Part shown: piece by piece, positions 22,067 through 56,380 of the stretch
How positions within the stretch are numbered: position 1 is the stretch's first letter
Layout of the letters: every line of letters begins with the position of its first letter
Assembly: GCF_009914755.1 (NCBI RefSeq)
Contig: NC_060927.1
Source: the human T2T-CHM13v2.0 reference genome, Homo sapiens
DNA: 64,000 nt
Reading direction: 5' to 3' (one strand)
Translations under genes and position numbers: made by a program
The notes under the pieces: model-generated
The model's input: only the letters and a program-made list of their open reading frames with translations
Database searches by the model: none
Told to the model about the DNA's origin: nothing

Positions 22067-22796
22067 AGATAAATTATTGAGTCTGCGGAACAGAAAGAAA
22101 AAAAAAGATTGAAGAAAAGGGAACAGGGCCTAAGGAATCTATGGAACACCATTAAATGAACCAACATATGCACTAGAGGAGTCCCAGAAGAAAAAGAGAA
22201 ACAAGCAGGAGAGAAACTATTTGAAAAAAAAACCATGACTGAAAACTTCCCAAGTTTGATGAAACAGACAAATATAAACATCCAAAAAGCTCAACAAACT
22301 CCAAGTAGGATGCACTCAAAAAGACTCAGGCCAAGATATTAGCAAACTGAATAAAGACAAAGAAAAAACTTTGAAAGCAGCAAGAAAGAAGCAATTTGTC
22401 ACATAAAAGGATCCTTAATAAGATTATCTGCAGATCTCTCATCAGAAACTTTGGAGGCTATAAGGTAGTGGACTGATATATTCAAAGTGCTAAAAGCAAG
22501 AAAACTATAAACCAAGAATATTATATCCAGCAAAACTGACCCTCAGAAGTGAAGAATTCAAGACATTTCCGGATAAATACAAGCCAAGAAAGTTTGTTAC
22601 CACAGACTTGCCCTGCAAGAAATGCTAAAACTAGTGCTACAGGTTGCAATGAAAGGACACTAGACAGTAACTTGAAGCCATATGAAGAGATAAAGATCTT
22701 GGTAAAAGTAAATACATGAGCAATTATAAACACTAATATTATTGTAACAACAGTTTGTAACTCCACTTTTTGTTTTCCACATAATTTAAGAGACTA

Positions 22797-23429
<633 letters not shown>

Positions 23430-23623
23430 TGAAATTTCTGCTTCCCAGGTTCAAGGGATTCTCCTGCCTCAGCCTACCAAGTAGCTGGGACTACAGGCAC
23501 ACGCTGCCACGCCTGGCTAAGTTTTTGTATTGTAGTAGAGACAGGGTTTCACTGTGTTGCCCAGGCAGGTCTCAAACTCCTGAGCTCAGGCAATCTGCCC
23601 GCTTTGGCCTCCCAAAGTGCTAG

Positions 23624-24097
<474 letters not shown>

Positions 24098-24301
24098 TGA
24101 GCCACCGCGCCCAGCCTAGTTTATGCTTTTTTTATATCCACAATGTACAAAAATGCGATTCTGTGATATCAAGAACTGAAAGGAGTGGGGATGATGTTCA
24201 AAAGGAGTAGTTTTTGTATTTTATTGAGGTTAAGTTGGTATGAATTTAAATTAGAGTGTTATAACTTTAGGATGTTAATGGTAACCTAGAACAAATAGTT
24301 A

Positions 24302-24466
<165 letters not shown>

Positions 24467-25906
24467 TCAAACAAAAATTAGCTAGGTGTGGCAGTGAGTA
24501 CCTGTAATCCCAGGTACTTCGGAGGCTGAGGCAGGAGAATCACCTGAATCCGGGAGGTGCCGAGATGGCACCACTGCACTCCAGCCTGGGTGAGAGAGTA
24601 AGACTCTGTCTCAAAAAAAATAAAATAAAATAAAATAATTAATTAAATAAATAAAATAAAAAATTATACAAAATACAAAAACACAGTAATGCAGGAAATG
24701 AGGGACAAAAAAACCTATAAGGCATATAGAAAACAGATGGCAAAATGACAGAAGTCCCTCCTTATCATTAATTACTTTAAATGGTAATGAGTTAAAGTCT
24801 CCAATAGAAAGAGAGAGATCAGCCTAATTTATTTAAAAATTATCATTCAACCATATGCAGTCTACAGGGGATACACTTTAAATCCAAACAAATAGGTTGA
24901 AAGTGAAAGGATGGAAAAAAATATTCCATGCAAATAATAACCAAACAAGAGCAGGGGTACCTAAACCAATATCAGAAAAACTAGACTTTAAATCAAAAAA
25001 AGTTACAACAGAAAAAAAAGGACATTATATATTAATAAAATATTCAAAAAAAGCAAGAAGCCATAATAATTATAAATATTTATGTACCAAATAACAGACC
25101 AGCAAAAATGGTGAGAGTTGAAGGGAGAAATAGATAATTTTGCAATAACAGAGACAACACCCCACTCTCATAATGAATAGAATAGCCAGACAGAAGATAA
25201 GTAAGGAAAAAGAGGACTTAAATAATAAAATAAATCGCTTAGATCTAACAAACATATACAGAATACTCTACCCAATGACAACAGAATATATATTATTCTC
25301 AAATGTACATGGAACAGTCTCCAAGATAGACCATTTGTTAGGCCACAAATTAAGTCTTAGTAAATTATGAAAGACAGATGTCATACAAAGTATCTTCTCT
25401 GAACACAACAGGATGAAGTTATAAATAAATAACAGAAGAAAAAATTTGCAAATCTGTGGCAATTAAATGCACTCAAACAGCCAATATATCAAAAAACAAT
25501 CACAAGGAAAATTTAAAAGTACTTAGAGACCAATAAAAATTAAAACACACCATGCCAAAACTGACAGAATATAGTGAAAGCAGTGCTAAGGGAGAAATGT
25601 GTAACTGTAAATGCTTAACTAAGAAAGAAGAAAAAGAAAAATAGTCCAGATGCAGTGGCTCATGCCTGTAATCCCAGCACTTTGGGAGGTCTAGGTGGGC
25701 AGATCACTTGAGCTCAGGAGTTTGAGACAATTCTGGGCAACATGCCAAAACCCTGTCTACTAAAAAAATACAAAACATTAGCCAGGTGTGGTGGCACACA
25801 CCTGTAGTCCTAGCTGCTCAGGAGCCTGAGGTGGGAGAATCACCTGAGACAGAGAAGTCAAGACTGCAGTGAGCCATGGTAGTGCCACTGCACTCCAGCC
25901 TGTCTC

Positions 25907-26058
25907 AGAAAGGAAAAGGGAAAGGAAAGGAAAAAGGAAAAGGAAAGGAAAAAGGGAAGGAAAGGAAAAAGGGAAGGAAAGGAAAAAGGGAAGGGGAAAT
26001 GGGAAAGGAGAAAGGGAAGGGGAGGGAGAAGGGAAGGGAAAGAAAAGAAGAAGGAAAG
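25907..26058 (+). repeat. Polypurine (GGAAA/GGGAA)n low-complexity Alu tail
   Basis: About 150 bp made almost entirely of G and A. Confidence 0.95.
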
Positions 26059-26415
26059 ATTGATCTCAAATCAAAAACCTAACTTTATAATTTAAGGAAA
26101 TGGGGGGAAAAGGCCACACTAAACCCAAAGCTAGCAGAAGAAAGGAAATACTAAATATGAGAGTGCAGACAGGAAGGAGAAAAACAATAGAGAAAAATTA
26201 ATGAAACTAAAAGTTGGTTCTTCAAAAAACAATAAAGCTGACAAATCTTTAGCTAAATGGACTAAAAAAAGAGAGAAAGGACTAAAATTCCTAAGTCAGA
26301 AATAAAAGTGGGGACATTACTACAAATTCTACAGAAATGAAAAGAACTATAAAAGAGTACTATGAACCACTGTACGCTAACAAATTGGATAACATAGATG
26401 AAATGGATAAATTCA

Positions 26416-26568
<153 letters not shown>

Positions 26569-26607
26569 TTAGCTGAGCATGGTGGCAGGTGCCTGTAATC
26601 CCAGCTA

Positions 26608-26812
<205 letters not shown>

Positions 26813-27150
26813 TCATTAATCAAAAATCTCCCAACAAAAGGAAGCCCTGGATCTGACAGCATCACTGGTCAATTCTACCATGGATTTAAAAGGGGACTAA
26901 CACCAATCCTTCTCAAACTTTTCCCAAAAATTAAAGAGAAGAGAATACTTCCTAACTCAGTCTATGAGGCCAGCATTACCCTGATACCAAAGCCAGACAA
27001 AGACACTGCAAGAAAACTATAGACCAGTATCTGTCATAAACATTGACGAAGAAATTCTCTACTAAATCATAGAAAACCAGATTCAGCCACTCTTTTCTTT
27101 GTTGAAACAGGGTCTCACTCTGTTACCCAGACTGGAGTGCGGTGGCTTGA

Positions 27151-27735
<585 letters not shown>

Positions 27736-27888
27736 TAGTGGGATTTATTCCTGAAATGCAAGAATGATCCAACATATAAAAATCAACCAGTATAGGCCGG
27801 GCGCGGTGGCTCATGCCTGTAATCCCAGCACTTTGGGAGGCCGAGGCGGGCGGATCATGAGGTCAGCAGATCAAGACCATCCTGGTTA

Positions 27889-28131
<243 letters not shown>

Positions 28132-28938
28132 TTAATAGAATAAATTAAAAAAAACACATGGTTACCTCAACTGATATAGAAAAAAACCTTTGACAAAATT
28201 CAATATTCCTTCATGATAACACTTAACAAACTAAGAATAGAAGGCAACTACTTCAACATACTAAGGTCACATATGAAAAAACCATATTCGGCTGGGCGCA
28301 GTGGCTCATGCCTATAATCCTAGCACTTTGGGAGGCTGAGGCAGGTGGATCACGAGGTCAAGAGATCGAGACCATCCTGGCCAACATAGTGAAACCCTGT
28401 CTCTACTAAAAATACAAAAATTAGCTGGCTGTGGTGGCACAGCCTGTAATCCCAGCTACTCAGGAGGCTGAGGCAGGAGAATTGCTTGAACCCGGGATGC
28501 AGAGGTTGCAGTGAGCCGAAATCGCAGCCACTACACTCCAGTCTGGGCAACAGTGAGACTCCATCAAAAAAAAAAAAAAGAAAGAAAAAACCATAGTGAA
28601 CATTATACTCAATGATGAAAAACTGAAAGCTTTTCCTCTAAGATCAGGAACAAGTCAAGGATGTCCACTCTCACCACCTCTATTCAACAGAGTACTACTG
28701 GATGTCTTAGCCAGAGCACCAGAGCACATAGACAAGAGAGAAAAAAGGCATCTAAAATAGAATAGAAGAATTTAAATACCTCTGTTCACAGATTATACGA
28801 TCTTATATGTAGAAAACTCTAGAAAAACTATTAGAACTAACACACAAATTCAACCAAGTAAAAGAATACAAAGTTAACACACAAAAATCAGTTGCATTTC
28901 TAACATTAACAACAAACAATCTGAAAAGGACATTATGA

Positions 28939-29028
<90 letters not shown>

Positions 29029-29745
29029 TGAGACCAGCCTGACCAACATGGTGAAACCCCGTCTCTACTAAAAATACAAAAATTAGCCAGGCGTGGTGGC
29101 ATGCGCTTGTAATCCTAGCTACTCAGGAGGCTGAGGCAGGAGAATTGCTTGAATCCAGGAGGTGGAGGTTGCAGTGAGCCAAGATTGCGCCATGGCACTC
29201 CAGCCTGGGCAACAGAGTGAGACTCTGTCTCAAAAAAAAAAAAAAAAAAGCAATTCCATTTATAATAACATCACAAAGAATAAAATAATTAGGAATTAAC
29301 CAGGACAGTGAAAGACGCATACAATAAAACTACAAAACATTGCTAAAAGAAATTAGAGAAGATGTAAATGAAAAGACATCCCATGTTTATGGACTGGAAA
29401 ATTTAATATTGTTTAAATGTCAATATTACACAAAGTTATCTATAGATTCAATACAATCCCTATCAAAATCCCAATGACTTTTTTTTTTCAGAAATAGGAA
29501 AATCCATCCTCAAATTCATGTGGAATCACAAGGGATCTCAAATACCCAAAATAATTTTGAGAAAGAAGAACAAAATTAGAAGACTCACACTTCCTGATTT
29601 CAAAACATATTTAGAAGCTACAGTAATCAAAACAGGGTAGTACTGGCATAAAGATAGACATACAGATCAATGGAACAGAGAGGCCAGGAATAAATGCTCA
29701 CATATACAATTAAATGATTTTCAACAAGGGTGCCAACACCACTCA

Positions 29746-30099
<354 letters not shown>

Positions 30100-30321
30100 T
30101 CACATGCAAAAAAGAAAAAAAAAAAAAAGGTCAGGCCCTTATCTAACACTATATAAAAAAATTAACTTGATAGAGCAAAGACCCAAACTCAAGAGCTAAA
30201 ACTATAAAACTCCTTAAAAAAAAATATAGGGCAAAAGCTTCATGACAGTGGATTTGCCCATGATTTCTTAGATGTGACACCAAAGGCACAGGCAACAATT
30301 AAAAAAAGAAAAAGAAAAACA

Positions 30322-41970
<11,649 letters not shown>

Positions 41971-42424
41971 AAATATTATGTCTTATGCTACCAATAAAAC
42001 ATTATTGAAAGAAATAAGAAAATGTGCTAACTGGAAGCATAAATTATTGAGTGCTAAGGGACATAATTCAACTGTGGTCTAAATCAAAAAGCACCACAAG
42101 AAAACACTTTAAGATATTCTACAGTGTTTGAAATGCAAATTTAGTGATTATAACATTCTAGCAAACTAAATCCTTTTCAGATTCCTTTTTAAGCATGAAA
42201 AAAAGTGATTATGGAAATATAAACCACGCAATTACTTTCTGTAAAATCCTGTGGATGTGTTATATTTAAACCAAGACCTTAAAATATGTTCATTGTTCTA
42301 AAATACTATTTAAAAGCTACCAATACGAGTAACAATATGATACACTGTTTGAGATAAAAATTGTCTGAAATGGAAATAAACTACCTACGGCTTGTTGTAA
42401 TGTCTTTTTCATTTTTTAACTTAC

Positions 42425-42484
42425 CAGTCGAATGCTTCTCAAAAGTAACATTATTCCAGCTATGGCCATTCCAGTGCTGATGTT
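42425..42484 (-). CDS. C3orf33: C3orf33 exon 2 (aa 39-58, NISTGMAIAGIMLLLRSIRL; hydrophobic segment)
   Basis: Acceptor tctctttctgtag, 60-nt phase-0 exon, donor CTG|GTAAGT; in frame with exons 1 and 3. Confidence 0.95.
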
Positions 42485-43176
42485 CTACAGAAAGAGATTT
42501 AAGGGTTAACCCTCACTAATTATTAGTCACAATAATGAAAGCACTAATTAGAAGGTAGAAAAAAAGAAGACTGTCCTCTCTATATCTAATGTGTATAAAC
42601 AATGTATGTCTTTCAAATAAAGGCCCACTTCTTCAAAAACTGTCCACTCGTTCATTATGATGAATTCTTTTAACTTTTATAGTACTCAAATTCTTTCCCA
42701 ATCTGGCACACAGAGACATTTATATATATATTTAAACATATATACATACATGTATATGTAAACATATACACACACATATACACACCCACCCACCCCAATA
42801 CACAGATACATATATGTATATAGTATTGGATTGTTCTCTACTGATCGTATTATTTAACTATCAGTTCCATCAATATATGAACTGGTCTAGTACTTCCTAT
42901 ACAGTACCCATAGTAATTAGTATAACCTTGCATCCATAGTAGGAATTTAAGTATTTAGTAGAAAATTTTATCACTAAACCTTAATATACAGCACTTGGCA
43001 GATGTGGGTAAATGGCTAGGGAATATTAAGTGATGTTTTTAAAGTGTTTCATTTAAACTGGGGTAGGCCTAAAGGAGTTAATGAAAAATTAAGAATCCTG
43101 CAACTCTCTCAAAAAGAGTAATAATCTAACACACTTTCCTTCCATCAATACAACTAGGTATATAAGAAATGAGATT

Positions 43177-45620
<2,444 letters not shown>

Positions 45621-46021
45621 TAAAAATAAATAAAAATTAGAAATGCTCTCTCCCAAGGCGTACAGGACTTCCCTGCTCTTCCTCGGTCTCCTCTCTGGGC
45701 CCTCCCCAAATGCTCTAATGGACCAGGTGGCATCCCCGAGCTGGGCTGCGTCTCACCCTTTGAGGTGCCCCCTACAGCCCAGCAAGGATCCAGAACAGTC
45801 CTTGTAATAATGAGGCCGAACTGGCCCCCTGGCCCGCCCCCGGCCCTCTGCAGCCCCGCACACACGACACTCGCGATGTCGCCCTCTCGAGCTCATTCCC
45901 CCGCAGTTTTCTGTCGCTCCCCGGCCCCGGCGGGATCCACGCCTGAGGCCTCACGTTGTTCTCAGGGTCGCTCTGTGCCGCCCCGCGCCCACCACCCGCC
46001 CAGACTGCGTGGCCCCAGTAC

Positions 46022-46135
46022 CCGGACTAGGCGCAGGTGGTCGTCTGCCCACTGCGAGATCCGAGCCACGACGTTGGGCTCCATTCCGTCCTTGTCGGCA
46101 GACGGCGAGCCGGTGGCCGCGGGCTGCCCCGCCAT
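46022..46135 (-). CDS. C3orf33: C3orf33 coding exon 1 (aa 1-38, MAGQPAATGSPSADKDGMEPNVVARISQWADDHLRLVR)
   Basis: ATG at 46135-46133 in context ggaacATGG, inside the CpG island; 38 codons, then donor CGG|GTACTG at 46021; peptide recognised as the C3orf33 N-terminus. Confidence 0.95.
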
Positions 46136-46197
46136 GTTCCCGGCCTCCTGCGAGCGGCCCTGAGCTCCTCCGGCTGGCGGCAGGGGGCGCCGCTCAC

Positions 46198-46280
46198 CTC
46201 GGGAAGGCGGCGGGGTCCCCTTCCCCGCGGACCGGGGTGGCCCCGCGACCTGCAGTCGCCAGTGGGCGGGCCCCAGATAT
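46198..46280 (-). other. C3orf33: Putative alternative non-coding first exon of C3orf33
   Basis: Strong donor GAG|GTGAGC (intron would start at 46197) upstream of Met1; the 5' boundary is a guess. Confidence 0.6.
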
Positions 46281-46905
46281 CAGACGTCTTAACAGTGCCC
46301 CAACCGCTTTTATGCAGGGTGATTCCACGATGCAGGAGATCTCTGAGCAGCACTGTGGGGGCTGAAGCATTCCCTATCAAGCTAGTAGGATGATTGTCAG
46401 CTGGTGACTTCAATTCACTCAGCTGCAACGTGGTTTTCGCAGGTGCCACACAAGGAAGGAAATTGAAGTAATTCATTCCTTCCACCTGCTCCCAAGGAAC
46501 AGCATATGCATATTTTTTAACCAAATACGACCTGTCCTTGAAACCTATGCATATTTCTTATATTCAAATTGTGCTTTAAAGTTTTAAGAGCTGCTCTGAA
46601 AGCCTAATATCACATGCTCTAAATCTTTGAGCTGTTAGAAAACAGTAGTTAATACATTTTAAATAAAACAAAAATTAGATACAGAGCAGTGCAAATAATA
46701 TGGTAACATTTATGTAATAAAAATATATATTGAGGCCGGGTGTGGTGGCTCCTGCCTGTAATACCAACACTTTGGGAGGCCGAGGCGGGCGGATTACTTG
46801 AGGTCAGGGGTTCGAGACCAGCCTGGCCCACATGGCGAAATTCCGTCTCTACTGAAAATACAAAAATTAGCTGAACCTGGTGGTATGCGCCTATAATCCC
46901 AGCTA

Positions 46906-47038
<133 letters not shown>

Positions 47039-47109
47039 CTATACAAGAAACTAGTAACAGTGACTACCCCGGGAAACGGAAGGTAGGAAAGGGCAAGAGG
47101 TTTCACAAT

Positions 47110-47280
47110 CTGCCACCTCTAATAAACATTTTTCAGTGATAGAAATGTCCTGTAGCTTCATGTGGGTATTGCCTGCATGAAATGTGGCTACTGAAATCAA
47201 GGAACTGAATTTTTAACTTTATTAATTTTAATTAATTTAGTCACATATGGCTAGTGGCTATTATATTGGAGAGTGCAATT
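47110..47280. mobile_element. MER3-like hAT MITE
   Basis: tctaataaacatttttcagtgatagaaatgtcctg...aaatgtggcta...aggaactgaatttttaa...gtggctattatattggagagtgca. Confidence 0.7.
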
Positions 47281-47552
47281 ATACTACTGGAGTTTTTTTT
47301 TTTTTTTACTTTATGCAAATATTACCTTTAAAAGTCAAAACAGACTATGTTGTATTCCTAACAATACATATTATGAGTGGTGGCTTCAAGGAGTGTATTG
47401 TCTCTGTGTTATAGCCAATAGAAAGTAAATAACAGCCGGGCGTGGTGGCTTACGCCTGTAATCCCAGCACTTTGGGAGGCTGAGGAGGTTGAATCATGAG
47501 ATCAGGAGATCGAGACCATCCTGGCTAACACAGTGAAACCCCATCTCTACTA

Positions 47553-48000
<448 letters not shown>

Positions 48001-48904
48001 ACTGTCTCTTATACAGGCAATTGGCCAAATCACAAAAATACCTACAAATTTCCATCAAGGGTGGAACACAAATGATATTGGGGAAAATCCATCTACAAAG
48101 ATACATATTAATCCATAATCACTATTTCAAATAAAAATATCTGTGTGTTACTAGATTTAAAATAAATTTAGTTAATAAAAGGAAAGGAAGTGTGGATTTC
48201 TTAGGCAATCATTTGCCTAACATTACTCCTTTTGGTTTTCCAATGTCCCATACCTCTTCTCTCCTATCTGCTAGCATTTTCAGTGTCCTAGTTGAAGACA
48301 GGTTAGTCCATTCTGCCTACTTTCCATCCCAAAGTCTTTCTTAATATTTCAGATGTCAGCCACCTGGACATCTCTAAGTCCTCTAAATGTCTTTAAGTCT
48401 CCTTCAATAATGTTTCAGCATCACCTCACTATGCATTGATGTGAGAAATCTAGTGCTTGTTCCAGGACTTCTGCAGATTAATCAGAGACTTATGCTCCTG
48501 AGTTAGATCCACCAAGGCACACTGTTCCTTTTCCTGCTGGTAATTTCTGAAAACTCACTGAATAAGATGATTACATGACCTCAACAGAGAGATATACATG
48601 AAAAGCCACACTTAGATTCACTGCCCCATCCCTTAATTTCCTACAATACCATGAACATATCTGTAATAGACTCTTACTGAATGTTTGAAATTAATGAGGT
48701 GGAATTATCATTTAAAAAATTGATTGGAGGGCTGGGCATGGTGGCTCATGCCTGTAATCCCAGCACGTTAGGAGGCCAAGGCTGGCAGATCACCTGAGGT
48801 CAGGAGTTCGAGACCAGCCTGACCAATATGGAGAAATCCCATCTCTACTAAAAAATACAAAAAAATTAGCCAAGTGTGGTGGTGCATGCCTGTAATCCCA
48901 GCTA

Positions 48905-49039
<135 letters not shown>

Positions 49040-49099
49040 CTAATGTAAGTGTTCCCAGAGACCAAAGAAAAAGAAAAAAGTTGAATATTTCATGAGAAT

Positions 49100-51030
<1,931 letters not shown>

Positions 51031-51478
51031 TATTTTCAATTATCTAAACTGCAAAGTGTCTACCATCCTTCCTTCTCTTCTAAGATAAGTCTATTTCTGT
51101 CCTCATCCTCTTCCCTTCCATTCCCTTCCATTCTCTACAGCCATTAGAGAGAGCAGAGGTAGTAACTTGAATCCACACTAAGAATTAAAGAGTACCAGTA
51201 AAGGTAACTAAACAGATAAATATAAAATACAGTATAAATGTTTTTGTTTATAGTTCTTTCCTTCTCCTATATGATCTAAAGGGCAACTGGAATAAAACCA
51301 TAATCATAAAACTGTGTAGATGGGCTTATAATAAAGATATAATTTGAATGGCAATAATAGCTCAAAGGATTGGGGGAGGGAACAGCTATATTGGAGCAAA
51401 GTTTTTGTATCTATTAAAATTAAGTTGATATTAATCTGAACTAGATTATTTTAAGACAAGGTGTTAATTGCAAACATT

Positions 51479-51603
51479 AGAGTAACCACTAAGAAAATAA
51501 CTCACTCTATAATTACCAGAGTAACCACTAAGGAAATAACTCACAAAATTGTCATCACTAGAGCAACCACTAAGAAAACAACTCACAAAACCACTAAGAA
51601 AAG
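51479..51603 (+). repeat. Degenerate tandem repeat (about 3.5 copies of about 40 bp) inside an old L1 fragment
   Basis: Repeated agagtaaccactaagaaaataactcac. Confidence 0.85.
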
Positions 51604-52182
51604 GAAAAGAAGGCCGGGCTCGGTGGCTCACGCCTGTAATACCAGCAGTTTGGGAGGCCAAGGCAGATGGATCACGAGGTCAGGAGTTCAAGACCAGCCT
51701 GGCCAAGATAGTGAAACCCCATCTCTACTAAAAATACAAAAATTAGCCAGGCCTGGTGGTGGGCACCTGTAATCCCAGCTACTCAGGAGGCTGAGGCAGA
51801 GAATTGCTTGAACCCGGGAGGAAGAGGTTGCAGTAAGCGTAGATGGCACCACTGCACTCCGGCCTGGGCAGCAGAGTGAGACTCTGTCTCAATAAAAAAA
51901 AAAAAAAAGGAAAAGAAATAGAAAGGTAATTAATTTGGCCTATTAGAAAATATCTTTTAACACAAAGGAAGGCAATAAGCCACAAACACTGTCCCCCTTG
52001 TCAGGGAGCAGAAGTTTATGATCCCTACGAATACTATCGTTAACCTATCTTCAGCAGCTCTATTTTTGCCTCACTGGGTATTTCTTATTCTCCTTCCTCT
52101 ACTAACACATACATGGTATCTCTCCCATACAACCTTCTAAAAAACTACTGTAAAAATTGATTATATGGATTGGAATAACTTC

Positions 52183-52648
52183 TGTCACACTCAACTAAAT
52201 CAGAATCAAGGGACCAGGGGTAAAAAGCCCCAAGGCACAAAGCAGTTCCTCTAGGAAGTGTATGGCAGCCTCTCCTTAGCTTCTGAAACGGCGTATTATA
52301 ACCTTAAGACTAGTTTTATCTAATAGCTGCCAAAACAACCTGAGACTAAGTAATTGCAGTTTTTGACATTACTTTCAATGGCAATTACTTTTACCTACCG
52401 CCCTCACTCACCCATCAGAGCTTGCCAGCTCCCAAAAGACTTCGCCAGCACCAGTTAACTCTTTCAAAACATTTTATGTTTCATTTCTCTTTCCCAATAA
52501 AACCTCAACATATTCCTTTTTTTTTTTTTTTGACATTCTGAAGACCATTCTGGTCTGTTCTTATGCCCCAAATTGCAATTCTATTTTTATCTATATTCCC
52601 GAATAAAACCTTTTGCTTAGAGATTCATTTCTATATTTTATGTTGACA
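52183..52648 (+). mobile_element. ERV1-type solo LTR with an embedded MADE1 fragment
   Basis: TG...CA termini, two AATAAA motifs, ending ttagagattcatttctatattttatgttgaca; subfamily not assigned. Confidence 0.65.
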
Positions 52649-52720
52649 CTATAATTGGTCTAGTCATTGTCATCCCTATCAAGCAAAATTATCATGCCAG
52701 ACCACCTAATGGGCTGCTAG

Positions 52721-52945
<225 letters not shown>

Positions 52946-53029
52946 TGAGTAGCTAAGATTACAGGCACACCCCACCACGCCCGGCTAATTTTTTGTATTT
53001 TTAGTAGAAACAGGGTTTCACCATGTTAA

Positions 53030-53488
<459 letters not shown>

Positions 53489-53821
53489 AGAGTTGCTTTG
53501 CTCAGCCTGGGGCTCTCAGCACGTCATTTGTCCTCAGAAGTGAGTGTAACACATATATAGAAGATACAACCTCCTTTCCAAGGTCTTCTAGACAAAATTA
53601 ATCAGTCTCCTTAGTTCTCTCATTGCCCTTTCTTTGCTCAGCAAATTATGAACCTCTAAAGGGCGAAGATATGTGAAGAAATTTATGTTCTTTGTACAAC
53701 GTGCACTTTACAGAAAAGATAATCAATGTGTTGAATCAAAGTAAGATACAAAGATCTTCCCACCATGGCTTCACAGTGTGTTGAGATTATAGGTGTGAGC
53801 CACCATGCCCAGCCTCTATTT

Positions 53822-54907
<1,086 letters not shown>

Positions 54908-55769
54908 TCATTTTTCAGGTTTCAAGAGCATCAAATACAAAGAATGACTGGGAAATTCCAGATTAAGGAAAGCTAAAGAAACATAAAAACTAAATATAAT
55001 TTGTAATCCTAGATTAGATTCTATACTTAGCAAGAATCTAATTGGGTCTATCATCAAAATTTGAATGGGGTTTGTAAATTAAATGATAAAAATGTGTGAA
55101 TACGAATTTCCTAAATCTGGGGGTTGTACTGTGGTTACATAGGAGAGTGTTCTTGTTTTTTGAAAATGCATGGAGTATTAAGGGATAATTAAGAGATTAC
55201 AGGAGCTCCATTGGTGCAATGTATTCTGAATAATTGTGAAAAATAGTTCTGAAAAAATTATGTGTTTATATGTATGGCTAGATAGATAAAGACAAAAAGA
55301 GGATAAGGAATATGGGGTAAAATACAAAAATTAGGATATCCACATGTAGTCTTGATACTATTTTTGCCATTTTATTATGTTTCTAAATTTTTGTTTGTTT
55401 GTTTGGAGACAGGGTCTCGCTCTGTCGGTCAGGCTGGAGTGCAGTGGTGCCATCACAGCTCACTGTAGTCGACCTCCTGGGCTCAAGTGATCCTCCCGCC
55501 TCCATTTCTCCAGTAGCTGGGACTACAGGGGTGTGCCACCAAACCCGGCTAATTTTTTAATATTTTGTACAGACAATGTCCTGCCATGTTGCTCAGGCTG
55601 GTCTCAAATTCTTGGGCTCAAGGAATCTTCCCACATCAGCCTCCCAAAATGCTGGCATTATAGGCGTGAGCCATAGCACCTGGCCTCCACATAGTTTTAA
55701 TGGAAAACAATATGGAAAGGGAAGGTGGTTGGAGATATACTTGTTATTGAAGCTGAGTAATGGGTTATA

Positions 55770-56380
55770 TAACATAGATTTTAAGTCAGGGCTGGCCTTT
55801 GCTCTTTCTTTGCCCCTGGTAATCTCTAAACCCTCAGCATATCCTGCCTGATAAGAATGTCCTTTATCTTGAGAATTTGGATCACACAAACTCATTTACA
55901 GTGGAGGCTTTGAGTCTTGGGATATCAGTTTGACCTCCAGAGGAGCTAGAGACTGAGTTCAGCTATGTAGTCAGTCAAGCATGATGTCTGAATAAAAACT
56001 GTGGACACCAAAGCTTGGGGGAGCTTTCCTGGTTGGCACTGCTCCATGTGTCTTGTCACACATCATTGCTGTGAGGGGTCAATGTTGTCCATGACTCTAC
56101 AGGGAGAGGACAACTGGAATCTCCACCTTTAGAACCCTTCTGGCCTCTGCCCTATGCATAGATCAAGTCTCCAAATCAGTGCTAGATCCTTTGCAGATTT
56201 TAATCTGTATCCTTTCCCTGTAACCCACCATTACCATGAGTATAACAGCTTTAAATGAGTTCTGAGTCGTTTTAACAAATTATCACACCTGAGGGTGGTC
56301 TTAGGCTCCCCTGAACTCTGCAGTTTGTGTCAGAAGTATTGGCGGTCTTGCGGACTGTTCTATTTAACTCTTCATGGGCC
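55770..56380 (+). mobile_element. MER21-like LTR
   Basis: ggatatcagtttgacctccagaggagctagagactgagttcagc...aataaaaactgtggacacca...gagggtggtctt. Confidence 0.75.

Larger units (their letters stand above)
45680..46340. promoter_or_regulatory. CpG-island promoter of C3orf33 with GC boxes and a YY1 motif
   Basis: Only strongly GC- and CpG-rich non-Alu stretch in the window; GC boxes near 45833 and 46263; CCGCCATGTT (YY1 consensus CCGCCATNTT) at 46129-46138. Confidence 0.9.

Noticed and set aside
25907-26058. EWS-FLI1-type GGAA microsatellite enhancer
   Set aside because: No long run of consecutive pure GGAA units
51461-51772. 103-aa ORF with repeated RVTTKK
   Set aside because: Produced by a tandem repeat running into an Alu
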